Assembly (NCBI GenBank): GCA_051362555.1
Contig: CM120640.1
Location: 55,344,788 to 55,408,787, forward strand
Direction of reading: 5' to 3'
Length of the DNA stretch: 64,000 bases
DNA from: Lingula anatina
Taxonomy: Eukaryota > Animalia > Brachiopoda
Below, piece by piece: positions 47,101 to 60,747 of this stretch. A program made the translations under genes and the position numbers. Under the pieces are notes generated by a model. It did not search any database, had not been told where the DNA came from, and saw nothing but the letters and a program-made list of their open reading frames with translations. The stretch's first letter is position 1. Each line of letters starts with the position of its first letter.

Positions 47101-50100
47101 GATCAATACATCTCGATACAAAGAAGAATTTCTTGAAGTTTGCAAACTTGGAAATGGAGAGTTTGGCAGTGTGTTCAAGTGTGTTAATAGACTGGATGGC
47201 TGTACATATGCAGTTAAAAAATCCAAGGCCCCAGTGGCAGGGAGTGCTTATGAGTAAGTGACTAATTTTTTTTAAATCACACAGCATAATTTATCACATG
47301 GTCATGTTATATCAACATAAAAAAAGATGTAGTTCAAATCTTTCTATCCACAGTTTACAAAAATTACTATATTTAAACTTCATCATTTTGAATCTTCTCA
47401 GTCCATATGATAAATAATCACACCTTTTTAGGAGTATACAGTCTTACTGTATAAAATTTCTCTTGGAAATGCAATTAATTTATCAATTGTATAAATATCA
47501 CCAGGTTTTATTAAAAGTAAAGTTTATTGTAAAAACTCATAATCACTAATATGTTGATTGAATTTTGTGCTGATGTGTCAAAGCGTGTTTTCATTTTTAG
47601 GCGAAGTGCTATGAATGAAGTATATGCCCATGCAGTTCTAGGGAAGCACCCACATGTCGTAAGATATTATTCAGCTTGGGCAGAGGATGGTTGCATGTAC
47701 ATACAAAATGAATATTGCAATGGTAAGTACATTTAAATAATGAAATACAACAGCAATATTGTATTTTGTTTTAATATGATTATGGTATTTTTCATACTGA
47801 TTTATTTATACATTATACATGTAGTCACTTAGGGTTGGTTCACATGAAAAATCTATTTGCGGTATCTTGTGATCACAGTCTGTGCCCTAAATAGCCCGTG
47901 GCGTGATTACTGGCAGCGCGAGCGAGTTGCTTCCAAAGCTGAAATTAATTCTCGGCTGTGCTAAGAGGAAATTCTCATACTTTGATGCATGCACAGTAGG
48001 AAGTTAGAAAGTAAAAGTTGGTCGCAGTTGCTTTGAAAGATGTGATTTTGTGCAATAACAAGCACTACCACTAGCCATATTACGCGTCTGTATGCTTGAG
48101 TCGTCACAACTAAACTGATAAACTCCACAGCTTAAAGATACTACTGCGCATGCGTCAAGGTGTCAGAATCTGCTCTGAGCGCAGCCGAGAATTAATTACA
48201 GCTTTGGAAGTAACTGGCTGGCGCTGCCAGTAATTATGCTGTGGGGTATTCAGGGCACAGACTGTGATCACAAGATACTGCCAATAGATTTTTTAGATTT
48301 TTAGAAAAAAAAAAGATTTTTCATGTGAACGAACCCTTAAATTTTATTTTTATGTACAGACAAAGATTCCTTGTTTGTAACTTATGATGGGAAGCATTTA
48401 AATGGTCTAAGATGTGTATTATATGTATTTATTCATATTTATTCATTATGAACAGGTGGTAGTTTAAGTAGTTTCATACAAGACAACATGAAACTGGAGC
48501 GACTTTTCACAGAATCAGAACTCACAGAGATTTTGCACCAGCTGGTCATGGGGCTGAAGTATATACACTCACAAAACTTAGTGCATCTAGATATTAAGCC
48601 AGGTATGTTACAAATTTAATTTGAAGAAAATATAACACAGCTGTAGTTCCAATTAACACTAACACAAGTAGTTGAAATTTAAAAAGTACATTAATGGAAA
48701 GCAATGGGGACATAAATTTAAAAAAAATTTTTTTTGGTAAAATTTTCTTGCAGTCTTGTCTTCTTGACTGCAACTGTTTTTATCAGTGTTATTGCTAAGT
48801 ACTGCCAGTCATGCCTAAATTTTAAAATGTTCACTTGAATTTCAGATAACATTTTTATCCATCGAGACCCAAAGCTTTTGAATTCCCCAGAAAGTGGGCT
48901 TGAAATGGACATTTGTGAAGAAGAAGAATGTTATACAGAACCAGTGACATATAAGATTGGTAAGTTATTATTGCCTATAATGCAGTGTTCTGTTTGCATC
49001 ATTTTTGGAAATGGTTTCTTGTAGGCTTGACCTACTGTCATATTTATTAAAAAGAAATTGATGTCTTTATGTTCAACTTTGTATGTATTAATATTGGGTT
49101 ATGTGATTTCATTGTTTAGGTGACCTGGGACACGTGACATCTGTGACCAATTCTTGTGTAGAGGAGGGGGATTGTAGATATTTGCCAAATGAAATTTTAC
49201 AAGAAGACTATACACACCTTACCAAAGCAGACATCTTTTCTTTAGCTTTGACAATTTACATAGCAGTAAGTATTTTTGAAAAACATTATTAAAATATTGA
49301 CTAATTGTTTGTTTGCTTTTTAGATACATAGATAGCTTGTAGTTTCGACTTTGCTCAATAACACTGTCAGAATATCTCCTACTTTTTTTGACTCCAACCA
49401 TCAATAAACCTTAAGTGTAATCTCTTGGATTTGACCTTACAGTTCTTTGAAATATATGTTAAAATTTTATCATTTTTTTCAGGGTGGTGGTAGACCTTTG
49501 CCTAAGAATGGTGAACAGTGGCATGCTATAAGGAGAGGAGAATTGCCGTATCTGCCACATTATTCACATGAATTTAACCAATTGCTGAGGGTGTGTAGAA
49601 TCACGTAATTAAGAATGTACAAATCATATTTGACACATCTTATTAAAATAAAAAACTGTCCATTTCGACATCAATTTTCAAACAACCAGCTTTCAAATTT
49701 TCATGAAACTTGCACAACAGGATAATACTGTAATGTAATAAACTGTATTTTGCATACCATTTTGTACGATATACGTTCTGTATCACATGATCAAATATTA
49801 ACAGGTTTTGGAAGAAATCGTAACCCATCTAAGACCTTACTAAAGGTATATAGAAGAAATTAATTTTCATTAGTCTTGATGATGTTTCTTTTTCTTTGTT
49901 GTTCCAGACGATGATCCATCCTGATCCTTTGATCAGGCCATCAGCAACAAGTCTTACCCAGCATCCAGTGTTGTGTCCCTTTGGCAAGAAGTCTAAAGCA
50001 CAGTTGAGGAAGGAACTGAATGAAGAAAAGTTCAAAAATGAAATACTTGCAAGGTAAGAATTGTTTGTATCAATAGATAGTGATATGGATAATGATATGA

Positions 50101-50368
50101 ATAAACGGAAATCTGGGAAAAAAAGAGGCTTTTGTTTTCAAAGCAATTTGATGAAGACCATCTGTAAAAATTTACTGTTTCCTAGCAAGTTTTGTGTATA
50201 GTAATGGGAGTATGCATAGCCTTTTTAAAATTTTGACTTGGAGTTTATATCCATTTCAGACAATTGCGTGAAGCAAAGGACAGAGGGACAGCCACTCAGA
50301 AGCCTGCTAAGTCGTCCAGGCTTGTTGGACGCAAAGTAAACAGAAGCATGAGTTTAACAGTATTTTAA
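44150..50368 (+). CDS. WEE1: Wee1-like protein kinase (~577 aa)
   Basis: Exons 44150-44766, 46837-46891, 47084-47253, 47601-47722, 48456-48602, 48846-48959, 49120-49265, 49483-49590, 49908-50053, 50260-50368 (1734 nt). Motifs [31 protein letters not shown] (Wee box), [32 protein letters not shown]-terminal [16 protein letters not shown]. Confidence 0.96.
47832..48336. mobile_element. PIF/Harbinger-like MITE in Wee1 intron 4
   Basis: TTA|GGGTTGGTTCACATGAAAAATCT...AGATTTTTCATGTGAACGAACCC|TTA; inverted similarity extends ~130 bp. Confidence 0.85.
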
Positions 50369-51319
50369 AAGATTTTAAGTGTTTGTTACTCTTCGTGCAG
50401 TGCTGAATGTCAAGTAAATTCTGAATGTGTGCACGCTTACAAGGTTGCCTGTGACTGTGATTTGATTTAACCTACAGATGAGTTTTTCATATAACAATCC
50501 AGTAAATATTTACATTGCTTTATTTTTATACTTGTCAACTTCTGGATTGCATATTTTCTGTATGAAAATGTAACTGATTGAATTGATTTTAAAGCAAAAG
50601 GTGCTGGGGTAATGGTTGTTAAATTGGGTGGTTTGGTAAGCCTGTATTCACTTTTGGGTTAATTTTTATTTTAAATATATTTTAATCATATTAAATGCAA
50701 AATCATATATGTAACATTTCAAATTAATGAAACTTAAGCATCTTCAGAATTTATGTTAAAAGTATGATACATTTAAGTATAAAAGCTATTGATTGTTAAA
50801 ATTGCTTGCCACATTGAGTCATTAAAATGTGACAATTTTAGCTCTGTTGCAGGTTTCTGTACATTTTACGTAGAATTAATATACTTATTAAACATTGGTT
50901 GAAAATACCTTAAGCACATAATAATGTTAAGAAAAAAATTAACAAAGTCTGTTGCCTCGCATTAAGATAATATTTTGAGCAAGTGGTTATATGTGCCACT
51001 GAAAAAAGATAAGAAATATATTTCTATTGTGTAGTTATACTAAACCATTGTCTGCTAGATGATGATTTCACAGGTCAGAAAGTTAATTCTAGTACTTGTA
51101 CAAGGATATATTATGTGAATAAACTTATTAAAAAAGGTTTTTTTTCTCTTATCACCTGCATGCATGTCTAAAAATGAAGAAACCAAAAAACTGATTGTTA
51201 ATAGTAAATTGAATTGGAAAGATAACACCGCGAAGAGTAAAGAAGGCACGGCAAAGATCGTTGAGAACTTTTACTGATAGCGTGCCTATTTTAGTCAATT
51301 TTTACAGGTGTGTAATTGA

Positions 51320-51567
51320 AAGCATAGAAATATAATATATTCTGTTTTACCACAAAAACGGCAGTTATAGCTATTATTCTGATATCTGAGCTTGTCTTTA
51401 GACCACGTGACCTCCACTGATGGCTATACTAAAAGCCAAACTTTTTAGAAAAAAACCAGGGACTAACTTTGAATGTAAAAATGAATCCATTAACCATTGG
51501 TTAGTATGGGAAAATTGTTGTTTACTCCAGGAAAATTAATTTTTTGGCCGAAACGAAGAGTTATTAT
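51320..51567. mobile_element. Truncated copy of the Kolobok-type MITE family
   Basis: catagaaatataatatattctgtttta...ggccgaaacgaagagttattat matches 3212-3484 with an internal deletion; termini lost. Confidence 0.8.
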
Positions 51568-52572
51568 TTATTTATTGTATTATTTTACTCTGTATATTAT
51601 CAAACTTGCTCCAAAAGGAAAATGATTTCCGATTTTTATAATTGGCTAAATAAACTTATCTTATGGGGGAAATGGTGCTGGTGTTATTGAGCAAATGGGT
51701 AAATATCCTCCAAATTTGGTGTATGAAGTGCCACTTTGATGCACAGCTTGATATTTGATATGTAATACTTCAGCCTTCATTCGAGGACACCTTGTATTCC
51801 CTCCATATTTTACACTTAAAGTGTTCATGTCTGCTGGATAAATCATGACTCAATAATAGTTATTTGTCTGGGCTGTTTCAATTATTTTGATAGAAACACG
51901 AGAAGCTTAAGTGTCTGGCATCGTTTTCACAGAGAAGTGTTTTTAAATTGAGCACATCAATCGCAATTTTCACCATGCCTGCTGTGTATTACATCAACTG
52001 AACAGCTACAACAATAAAATTTTTTGACCAGTGTGAGTCTGTGTCTGTATATAAAAATGCTCTTTTAGATTTAATAAAATAGATTTTGTAGACTCAGTAC
52101 AAATCCTACTGAAGTACAAAGTTTTAATGTGTAAAAATTACAGCAGAATGGAGTAATAGCTATACTCAATCCTGACACTGCTTAGTCACTGAGTGGTGGA
52201 TTTCTTATGACATTAATTACCTGGGCCACAAAGGAGTGATGATGGTTTTGTTAAAAACTATTGTGCTTTGTCCAGGTGGTTCATCATGTGAATGATGTTG
52301 CATTGCTATGACTGCAGAACTAATATACAAGTCTTAGTAATGGAAAAACTGGAAATGCATCTTAAGCAGCTGGCCTTGGACTGTGTTATGCAATTATAAG
52401 CAATGCTGGCCAGTACAATATCAGTTTGGATGAGTGCACAGGTTATGTAATATGTAACTGTGGCTTCAGTGAGGGTTGCCATTACATGCTTGATTATCCT
52501 GGAAAATGTACAGGTATTGAAGGTGTGAAACACACTCATTGTGCCCTGCTCAAACACATAAATATACCTATA

Positions 52573-52786
52573 CAGTGCCAGATTTAGGGGGTGTCAGGGG
52601 GTCCTGACTCCCCCCTTCGATTTCTGAGAAATATCACACCAATGGTCCCCTCTTGAAATTAGAATTTTGACTAGCAGAATCATAGTTCTAAACCATACCA
52701 AATTGCACCGTTCGCCCTCTTAAAATACTAAAATTTTCTGGGACCCTTAAGAGACCCCCCTTCAAATAAATCTGGATCCGCCCCTG
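52573..52786 (+). mobile_element. G/C-tract-rich short interspersed repeat (CAGTGGCGGATTTAGGGG...GGATCCGCCCCTG type)
   Basis: Imperfect terminal inverted repeats CAGTGCCAGATTTAG / CTGGATCCGCCCCTG; inverted homologue at 54700-54937; no TSD recognised. Confidence 0.65.
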
Positions 52787-53249
52787 CCTTCAGCTGTAGG
52801 AAACGGGTAATACACATTTAGTCTTCAAATTTAACAATATATCTGAAAGTGCCCACACTAAAATTTCCATTAAACATAAGATTTTGTTAGTAGTAGCAGG
52901 AAAAGATTTTTATAATGTTCAGAAATGTAACCTGTTTGCTATCAGAGTTTTCTCAAGAACTTAAAAACTGCTGCTTCAGAAATATGATAATGGATTAGGT
53001 GGTATAAAATGTTAAGTTTTAAAATAGGAGTAACACAATTTATCAAAAAACTTAACGTCAAAAACTATGTAAGTAAATATTTTATATAAATTTATTACTT
53101 TGTGAAAAATGAATGTGATTTATTTACACATGAAATTACTGAATCATTGAAATCACAGAGTTTAAGTTTGTATTTCATTGCACAACCTTAATGATTAAAC
53201 CAAATCTTGTGTCCCAGGACAAATTAACACAGTTCATGATGGTGAAAGT

Positions 53250-54446
53250 TCAGGTTATATCCTGTTGTTGGACAAATGCTGATCCATCGGCAAATGAGTA
53301 TTTACATGTAGTTAAGTTCTTGATCAAAAAAACTTAGTGTAGTTTCTGACAGCAATTTGTGTTCAAAATCTTCATCTCCTGCCAAATGAAATGGGATGTA
53401 CATGTATAATGTACGAGCTGCCTTCAGAATTATACAAGAGATTCTTCACTATATCCAATTTAGTTGGAAGACAAATTATTGGCTTCTTTCTAAGTAAATG
53501 CTGTTGTCTCCATTTACAGTTCACTACTTCTTTTACTGTCTGCCACTGATTTTTTAAAATCAACCCTTCAACTGTTTTTCTCTTGGTTTTCTGTCACACT
53601 GCCACCAATATGTACAGCACATGCATGTGTTCTATGTACATAAAAAGTCCATTTGCAACAGTACTGTAAAAGTCACCCTCTAGATCTGGATTTGAACCAA
53701 GGGTGTAACAACAGATGTAAACTTCTCAGGAAGGGACATCTTTCATTCCTCCAAATACTTTAACCACGAATAGTTGTCAGTCTTGGACTTGATGGGGCTT
53801 GTGAGTGGTGGTCTGAGTTTTCTGTAAATGAAAAGATTATGGCATTATAAAGATAATGCAAGATGTAAATATTAAAATTGGTCAATATAATATTATAACA
53901 AAATTAGTATCTCTTATATCTTGAGTTCCTTTGTGTATTACACCAAATGCTAGGGGCCCATTCCCAATAAAACTATCAAGATTTATCCAAGCACCCTTGC
54001 TGAGTGCAAATCAGATTAACAAATTAATACACCTTTTGTTTTCAACATATTTATATATATTCACCAGCTTTTCTGTTTTCTATTCAACACAAGGAGGAAG
54101 CATATTAAATTGTTAGGGCCTTTCAGTGATACCATTTTTCTTACACTTTTGAGAGTCTCACAGTATCATCACGCAGCTTATCTATATTCAATAATCTGAT
54201 ATCAACAGAATAGGATGTCATCCCTACAAAGTCATCATGTTTCAAGGCCACATCTACATATTGTTCAAAGTCCAAATTAACAAGGGATTTCAATTGGATA
54301 TCCAAAGCTCTCTGAAGGTCATATGTAAATATCTCTCTACATGTACCCTTACTTTTTAGCCACTCCCCCTTCCCCACACTCTTGTCAACTTTGGGTAATC
54401 CTGTTTTCACAGATTTACAGAAGCAAAGCAATTTAATGAGCTTCAT
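53250..54446 (-). pseudogene. Possible degraded coding relic of unknown family
   Basis: Protein-like 101-aa stretch (54141-54446) and further protein-like fragments broken by stops/frameshifts after an acceptor-like tttacag at ~53822; no domain recognised. Confidence 0.25.
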
Positions 54447-54699
54447 ACTCGATCCATTATTGTGATAAATACTACTTTTAAGATTATTTTATGTAATGTC
54501 AAATTTGTCTCTGAACTGTCATATAAACATTATGGGAAAATTGTTGTTTACTCCAGGAAAATATTCATCTATCTAGATTCCAGCTTTTCTACATCATAGG
54601 TAATCATGCCCCACTGGCACAGCGCCAGTTGAATGCTGAGCAGTGAAGAAAAGTCCATGTTGACATTAGGAAACAGTACATATAAAAATTTGTGAAATC

Positions 54700-54937
54700 C
54701 AGAGGCAAATCCAGGATTATTTGAAGGGGGGGGGGGTCCACGGATGCGAAGCTGGGCCCCATCCCCAGCCCCCTTGGGGTGGGTTTTGGGGCCCGTTGAA
54801 GGGCGAATGGTGTCATTTGGCATGCTTTAGAATTATGGTTCAGCTAGTCAAAATTCTAATTTCAAGCACCATTGGTGAGATTTTTTTCAGAAATCGAAAG
54901 GGGGGACCCCCCTGACACCCCCCTAAATCCGCCACTG
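54700..54937 (-). mobile_element. Second, inverted copy of the G/C-tract-rich repeat
   Basis: ccccctgacacccccctaaatccgccactg and aaaattctaatttcaag..ccattggtg are reverse complements of the 52573 copy. Confidence 0.65.
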
Positions 54938-55588
54938 TCTATCTACAAACATTAAGTGATTTTGCTCTTGTAGCTTCAGTTTTAACTTTCCTGAGAACTA
55001 ACACAATGTTTTTTCTGCAGATCGAGCCCTGGGGACACGGTTCTATTCATAGACATAACACTTGCACCACACGCGACTCCTGCATGTAGAGTGTTCTTAA
55101 ATCTCTTGGGGAAGATAGGACGGGAAATCATTTGAACTATTAATACAAACCATTAATTCAAACAAAACAAAAATTCGAGAAAAGCCATTACAAAAATTTA
55201 CAATATACATACAGATTAAATGTATGTAAACCAAAGAACAAACCAAAAAATGGATAAGCTATCTAGTCTTTCGTTGCTCCCCAAGTTAGTTATACTGACC
55301 AACAATTACGTTCACGTGAACACAAATACAACTGAGGACAAGGTTATTACACACGTGTAGTTTGGCTGACGAAATGAAAGAATAATCAAAACTTGGCAAA
55401 AATGAACCCTGAACTTAATTAATTAATATAGAAGTACATTAAACATAATGTTATTATTACTCCTCGGCAAAAAACAATCCATACTCTACATTTAGTGCAT
55501 GACTTTTTCTCTGGCCCTTTTTCTCACATCGTTTATAATAACGAAGGGAATGGAAAGATTCTGGGATATTAAATATAATAAAAATTAC

Positions 55589-55871
55589 CTGATAAAATTA
55601 ATTCCCGTGTGCTGTGCTTTCTATATTTCTTCACATTGTTGTTTCTATCGTCCATTGTATCAAGATCTTCAGAAAATTCCACAATTTCAGTGCTACAGTC
55701 TTTGTCGCACAATGGGATTTGTGGGTTTCCCCAAACTAATGTCCAAAGGTATGATAAAATGCCTTTCTTTTTCAAGCCAAATGTGTTAACTATTGGCATC
55801 AACATAGCAGAAACACTAAATATCATCATTGTGTATATGATACACACCAGGATAACCAGGAGTCCCTTCAT
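55589..55871 (-). CDS. Candidate exon encoding a small signal-peptide-bearing protein
   Basis: MKGLLVILVCIIYTMMIFSVSA (basic N, hydrophobic core, V-S-A cleavage-like), then KKK and KKYRK basic sites; donor-like TCAG|GTAATT at 55589. No other exons confirmed. Confidence 0.3.
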
Positions 55872-58800
55872 CTTAGAGCTTCGCAGTAGCACAGCTCCGA
55901 CGTTCTGATGTCTAATCTTCCAAACATAACAATATTTATGACGGTATTACCAGTAGGGTTCAAAGTCCAAAGGAGGGGGCAATCTCCAGATTTGAGGTGC
56001 CCGTAAGGACAAAGATCAGTTCACTTAGTAGTAGTTTTAAACGTCTTAGAACTGTTGGCAGAATCAACAGCACAAACACAGGTAATTTATTTCGTATATC
56101 AACTAAAACTCCTCACATCTTTTATATTTGAGAATAATTTAATAATGTGTGGCACTTGTGCAATGCGACATAACCTACATCCCCATCGGGTCTCTCTTTC
56201 ATTCACTGGCGGAGTCCATATGATGCATGTAGTGAAGCCAATAGTGATCATGATTCACACGTGTTCTTGGACTTGCTTGGAGGTTTATACCTACCTTACT
56301 TACCAAGTGGGCGAAAAGCATATACTGTGTACACAACCAAATAACTAGAAATGTCCATATTACATACATTGTTTAATTTATTCCATTGTCGGAGAAACCA
56401 ATAAGGAAGAATTATAAAAAGAAACTTGTCAATTCTCGTGAAGGATTATGTCAGCGGAGTTGGTAGTAGGCCTAAAGTTTTGGAAAAAAAGTAGTCATAC
56501 GATTTATCGAACTAGGACAACAAAATAAAAACAATAAAGAAATAAACAAACAAACAAACAAAAAAACTTTTGTCGGGTGTTTCCTGCGAAATAACATCAA
56601 AAAATATTTTCGGATAAACCCTTTATTTGACTTTTACATAGAAGAAATTCTGAATAGAAGGTGATAACGTGGCTTCAAACGATAAGCTACAGGGATATTA
56701 GTGAAACAAAAACAGAATTAGCAGCAGAATCGCGGTGTGGTTAGTTTAATCAACAGCTTAATCAACGCCTGCATCATCTTATTCTGCATTTTTAAATTCA
56801 TATTGAATATAGGCCTACATGTGTTTGAGGTAGATGACAAATGGTCATCTTATTGGTCGTGGTCAGATTTGATGAGTTAAGAGAGATGTTATCGTCCTTG
56901 TGGGCAGGCGTGCATTAGGTAGAAGAAAAGCCATAGCATAGAAAATAACCATCCTTTTGACGATTATCACAGGTAATGTTGGACTTTGACCCTGCAGGAC
57001 GACTTGTTGTTACTAAACGCAGTTCATATCATCAAAAAGAAAAATGTATGTTTAAAAGGAAATGGAGACGCCGCATACGGTAAAATAAAAATCCAGGCAA
57101 ATGTCAACAAGCAATCACTTCTTTATCACGCAGCTTGTTACCTAATTCCACGTGAACGTATTAGATTCCGGACCAGTAGGTCTTTTAAGAAGTACCGTAA
57201 AATAGCGTTATTGACAATGTTTCTCTCACAATATTATATGCCATATACATGTAGCGGTACATGGCGATAACTGTATTACAGTTAATGCATTAGTTTTAAT
57301 TTCTTAAAGCTCTGCCAAAACCTCATAAATTTTACACAACATATTTATGTATATGTACCGGGTATCTGGATAATATATGCGCATTTCTGTACAACTACTC
57401 TGAGTGTCGGGGGGGGGGGGGGGGGGGGGGGTTCGAAACAACCGCCCTTTTTGCTGGGAAAAGGTCCACTCTGGGTAAAATTTGATCTAGGTACATGAAT
57501 TTTTTTTATAAAAGGTCCACTTTTCCAGAAAAAATAATTTTGAAATTAATGGCTACGGGTTTGTTATGTGCTAGCTTGATCTTGATTATTTACGAAATCA
57601 AGATCGAGCTGACAATATCGAAATCTAGAACCTAGGGTATGTACAGCAAGACCTTACTGTATATACATTTTGGATAGGATTGACGTGTTCAATGAGCTGA
57701 CCACTGGTAGAGAAAACTAGTTAGTTCAAGTAGTATCACACCTCCTTGGAAAGCTACATTCATTACTGGCGACTTAGATTTACCCAGTTGAAAGGAAATC
57801 ATCAACCATTTTTGCATTTCTGATGAGCGGGATTGAAAAAGAATACACTAAAAATAATAAGCATAGATTGCAGGTACTTAAAATGCCTTTGTCATGATTA
57901 ATTTATAAACATTTTAGTATTCATTTTGTCGAACATACATTAAATTTATTTATCCGATTTAAAAGAATATAGGTAGTTTAATCAAGTTCTTTCTCTTTAA
58001 CGGTTGTGAGACATACATTTACTAATACATGAGAATGACCCCTTCGCGTTTAGCCATCATATCATATGCGTCTGCAGATGTTGCTTGTTTTTCCCCTGTC
58101 AGTTGGGATCAAAATTAAAATAAAATGAATTAAATCAACTAACTAATAAAAAGAGAAACAATTAAAAGAAAAATAACCATTATAAAAAGGAATGAAACAC
58201 GTTCCTGCATGGGATCAACTAGTAACTTTTCGGTAACTTTTAGTGTCGTAGCCCTTACGAACTATTTACATGAGTACGAAAAAAATGTTAAATTGTTAAA
58301 GATATTTTAATTTGTTTTAGCATTAAAAAATGAACATTTTGTGTCAACTTCAGCATACGTGTTAAGAGGCTGGCAAAACCTTGACATATGACTCTACCAA
58401 CAATAAATATCCTAGTAGACAAAATAGTAAATAGTAGAGTCTGAAGGTCACACAACGAGTAAGTCACAGTACAGCCTTAAATTTTCCGACACAGCAGGCC
58501 TGTGGCTGATAACAAAACGTAACATAACGTGATTGTCACATCAGTAACATCAGTTGGTTCATGGGCACGGCGCCCCAGACAGTCAAGGTTATTGGGTAGA
58601 CTAGATATGTAGTATAAATGGTAATCTCCAACTCTGATCTGTTACAAAATTATTGTATCGCTTTTACTTAAATTTTGTATACTATTTGTATAACCTTTGA
58701 TATCAGAGGGTAATAGATGGACATTTGATAAAAATACTTTAATTTGCAGAGTTTAATTTTCTAGTAGCACAAAATAATTATTCACCTAAAAGTCTCCTAC

Positions 58801-60747
58801 TAAAGAAAGGAAAATCATAAGTTTTGAATATATGTAACAATATCCATGGAGCACAGCCTTTGAATAAAGAACTTCAAAGCAGATAAATTAAATACAGTTC
58901 AAATGCATATATAAAATGAACTCTGTTTACAAGGCCTGAAACACAGACTGACCGTCGATTGAACACTTGTGCAAACTGAAAGATTGATACTGGGTGTTCC
59001 GCAGGTCGGGATAACCTTTCAATATTTAAATATAGCAAGGAAATGTAGAAATCCCAGTCTGTTTTAGGGGAAATTTTCAGAGAATCATTAACCTCATTGC
59101 GCTAGATGTGCCAACGCTAAGCAAAGACAATGTGTCGATAAGTAGGTAATATATAATCTTTATCAAAATAGCAAGATATGGTAAGTATTAGGATTTTTAA
59201 ACAAATATGCCATGGTTAAAATGGTTTTACTGTTCAACTAGGCATCTAGGGAATGTATTTGTATTAATTTCTTTGATGGAACTAAATTTTAAGTTGAAAA
59301 TAGTTTCTAAAATGCAACCAAGTTCCAATTTATTCAAATCACTGTATTCAACAATTTTTTATAAACGTGTAGTTTTTTTTTCAACTTTTACCTTTCTTTT
59401 TGCATTTATACATGTTAAACACACACCTCCTCAAATTTTCAATTCTGCTTCAAAGCATTTTATTACGAGCAAAAAAATATATCACGTCATTTATTTTGGC
59501 AAATCTTCAATCAGGAGTAATTAAAATAAAACTACTAAAGCCTCATTCAAACCAAATGCTTTGCCTTTTGATTCTTTCAGGGTAATGTATATCAGTTTTT
59601 CAGAAAACAAGAAAACAACACTTGAGGATAATCATTTTATTGTTAAGAAATGAAAGACTTGAAAATTGTCTAATGAATAAATTGCTCCAAATTTTACCAT
59701 TTTTTTTTATGAAAAAGGCACTGAAAGCATAAGTATTTCACAATTACAAATATAACCTTGGTTACATAAGATCAACTGTATGATGCCATCAAAACAGAAC
59801 CATTAACAGCGAGGTTGTCCATTATTCTATTAGCACTTGCCTTTATTCACTTTCACTATATACCTTAAAAAGGGGCTGGAGAGAAAACACTGCCAAAGCT
59901 CTAGGTTTGTATCACAATATCATAAATGAGCCTTAAGAACCATGAACATGCAACAATACTGCCTTTGCATATTTCCAAAATTGCAAATTTTCAACATTTA
60001 TGTTTATATTACAGGTAAAAATTTTAATAATAAACAGAAGATTTCTACATTGGGGTTAAATGTTGGCAATAGCAATATTTGGCATGAGATTAAATTCATT
60101 ACCAAGCTTTTATCTGGTATCTTGGTAAACCATTAGGTCACTTGTACTTCAGCACCAAAAACATAAGGTTTGTAATAACTAACATACTTGTACACGATGT
60201 GCACATATATCAGTAGAAATTGACTTTAACAAGTTTTATTAAATGGCAGCTTAAAATGGCCTTTCGGGTCTTCCAAAAGATGTCCTGAAAGATATTTTAC
60301 TGCTTATTTGGCTTCTAAGTCAATATTGGAAATCTGAAAACTTGAACGTAACTGTTAACAATTTATAACAAAGAATTTGTAGGTTTAATTATTATGGCAC
60401 TAAAATACCACCGAGGGTGTAAAATGTATACTATTGTCATCATCACTACGCTGTACTGTGAATATTTTACAAAGGGTTTTAGCCTCTCCCTCTCCAGCTT
60501 CTGTTTGACATTTGCTGTATGTAATGTTAGTTTTTAAAAAAATTATCTATGAATAACAGAACTTAAATGTAAATGTATAATACCAGATAAAGAAAAGACC
60601 TTTGGCAATTAAGACTCAATCTCAAGACTAGTATGTATAGAAGTTAAACAAAAGACAAATTTGCACACAACAAAAGTAATTGATTGAAGACAAAATCTGG
60701 AAGCTCTAAAAATCCTTTCCCCATGATACCATGGAACTGTTGCAGGC

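Noticed and set aside
52573-54937. Single composite transposon bounded by the two inverted G-rich repeats
   Set aside because: No target-site duplication at the outer ends; more simply two independent insertions.
57408-57431. Poly-G run as a functional G-quadruplex
   Set aside because: Homopolymer within a repeat-like fragment; length unreliable and no supporting context.
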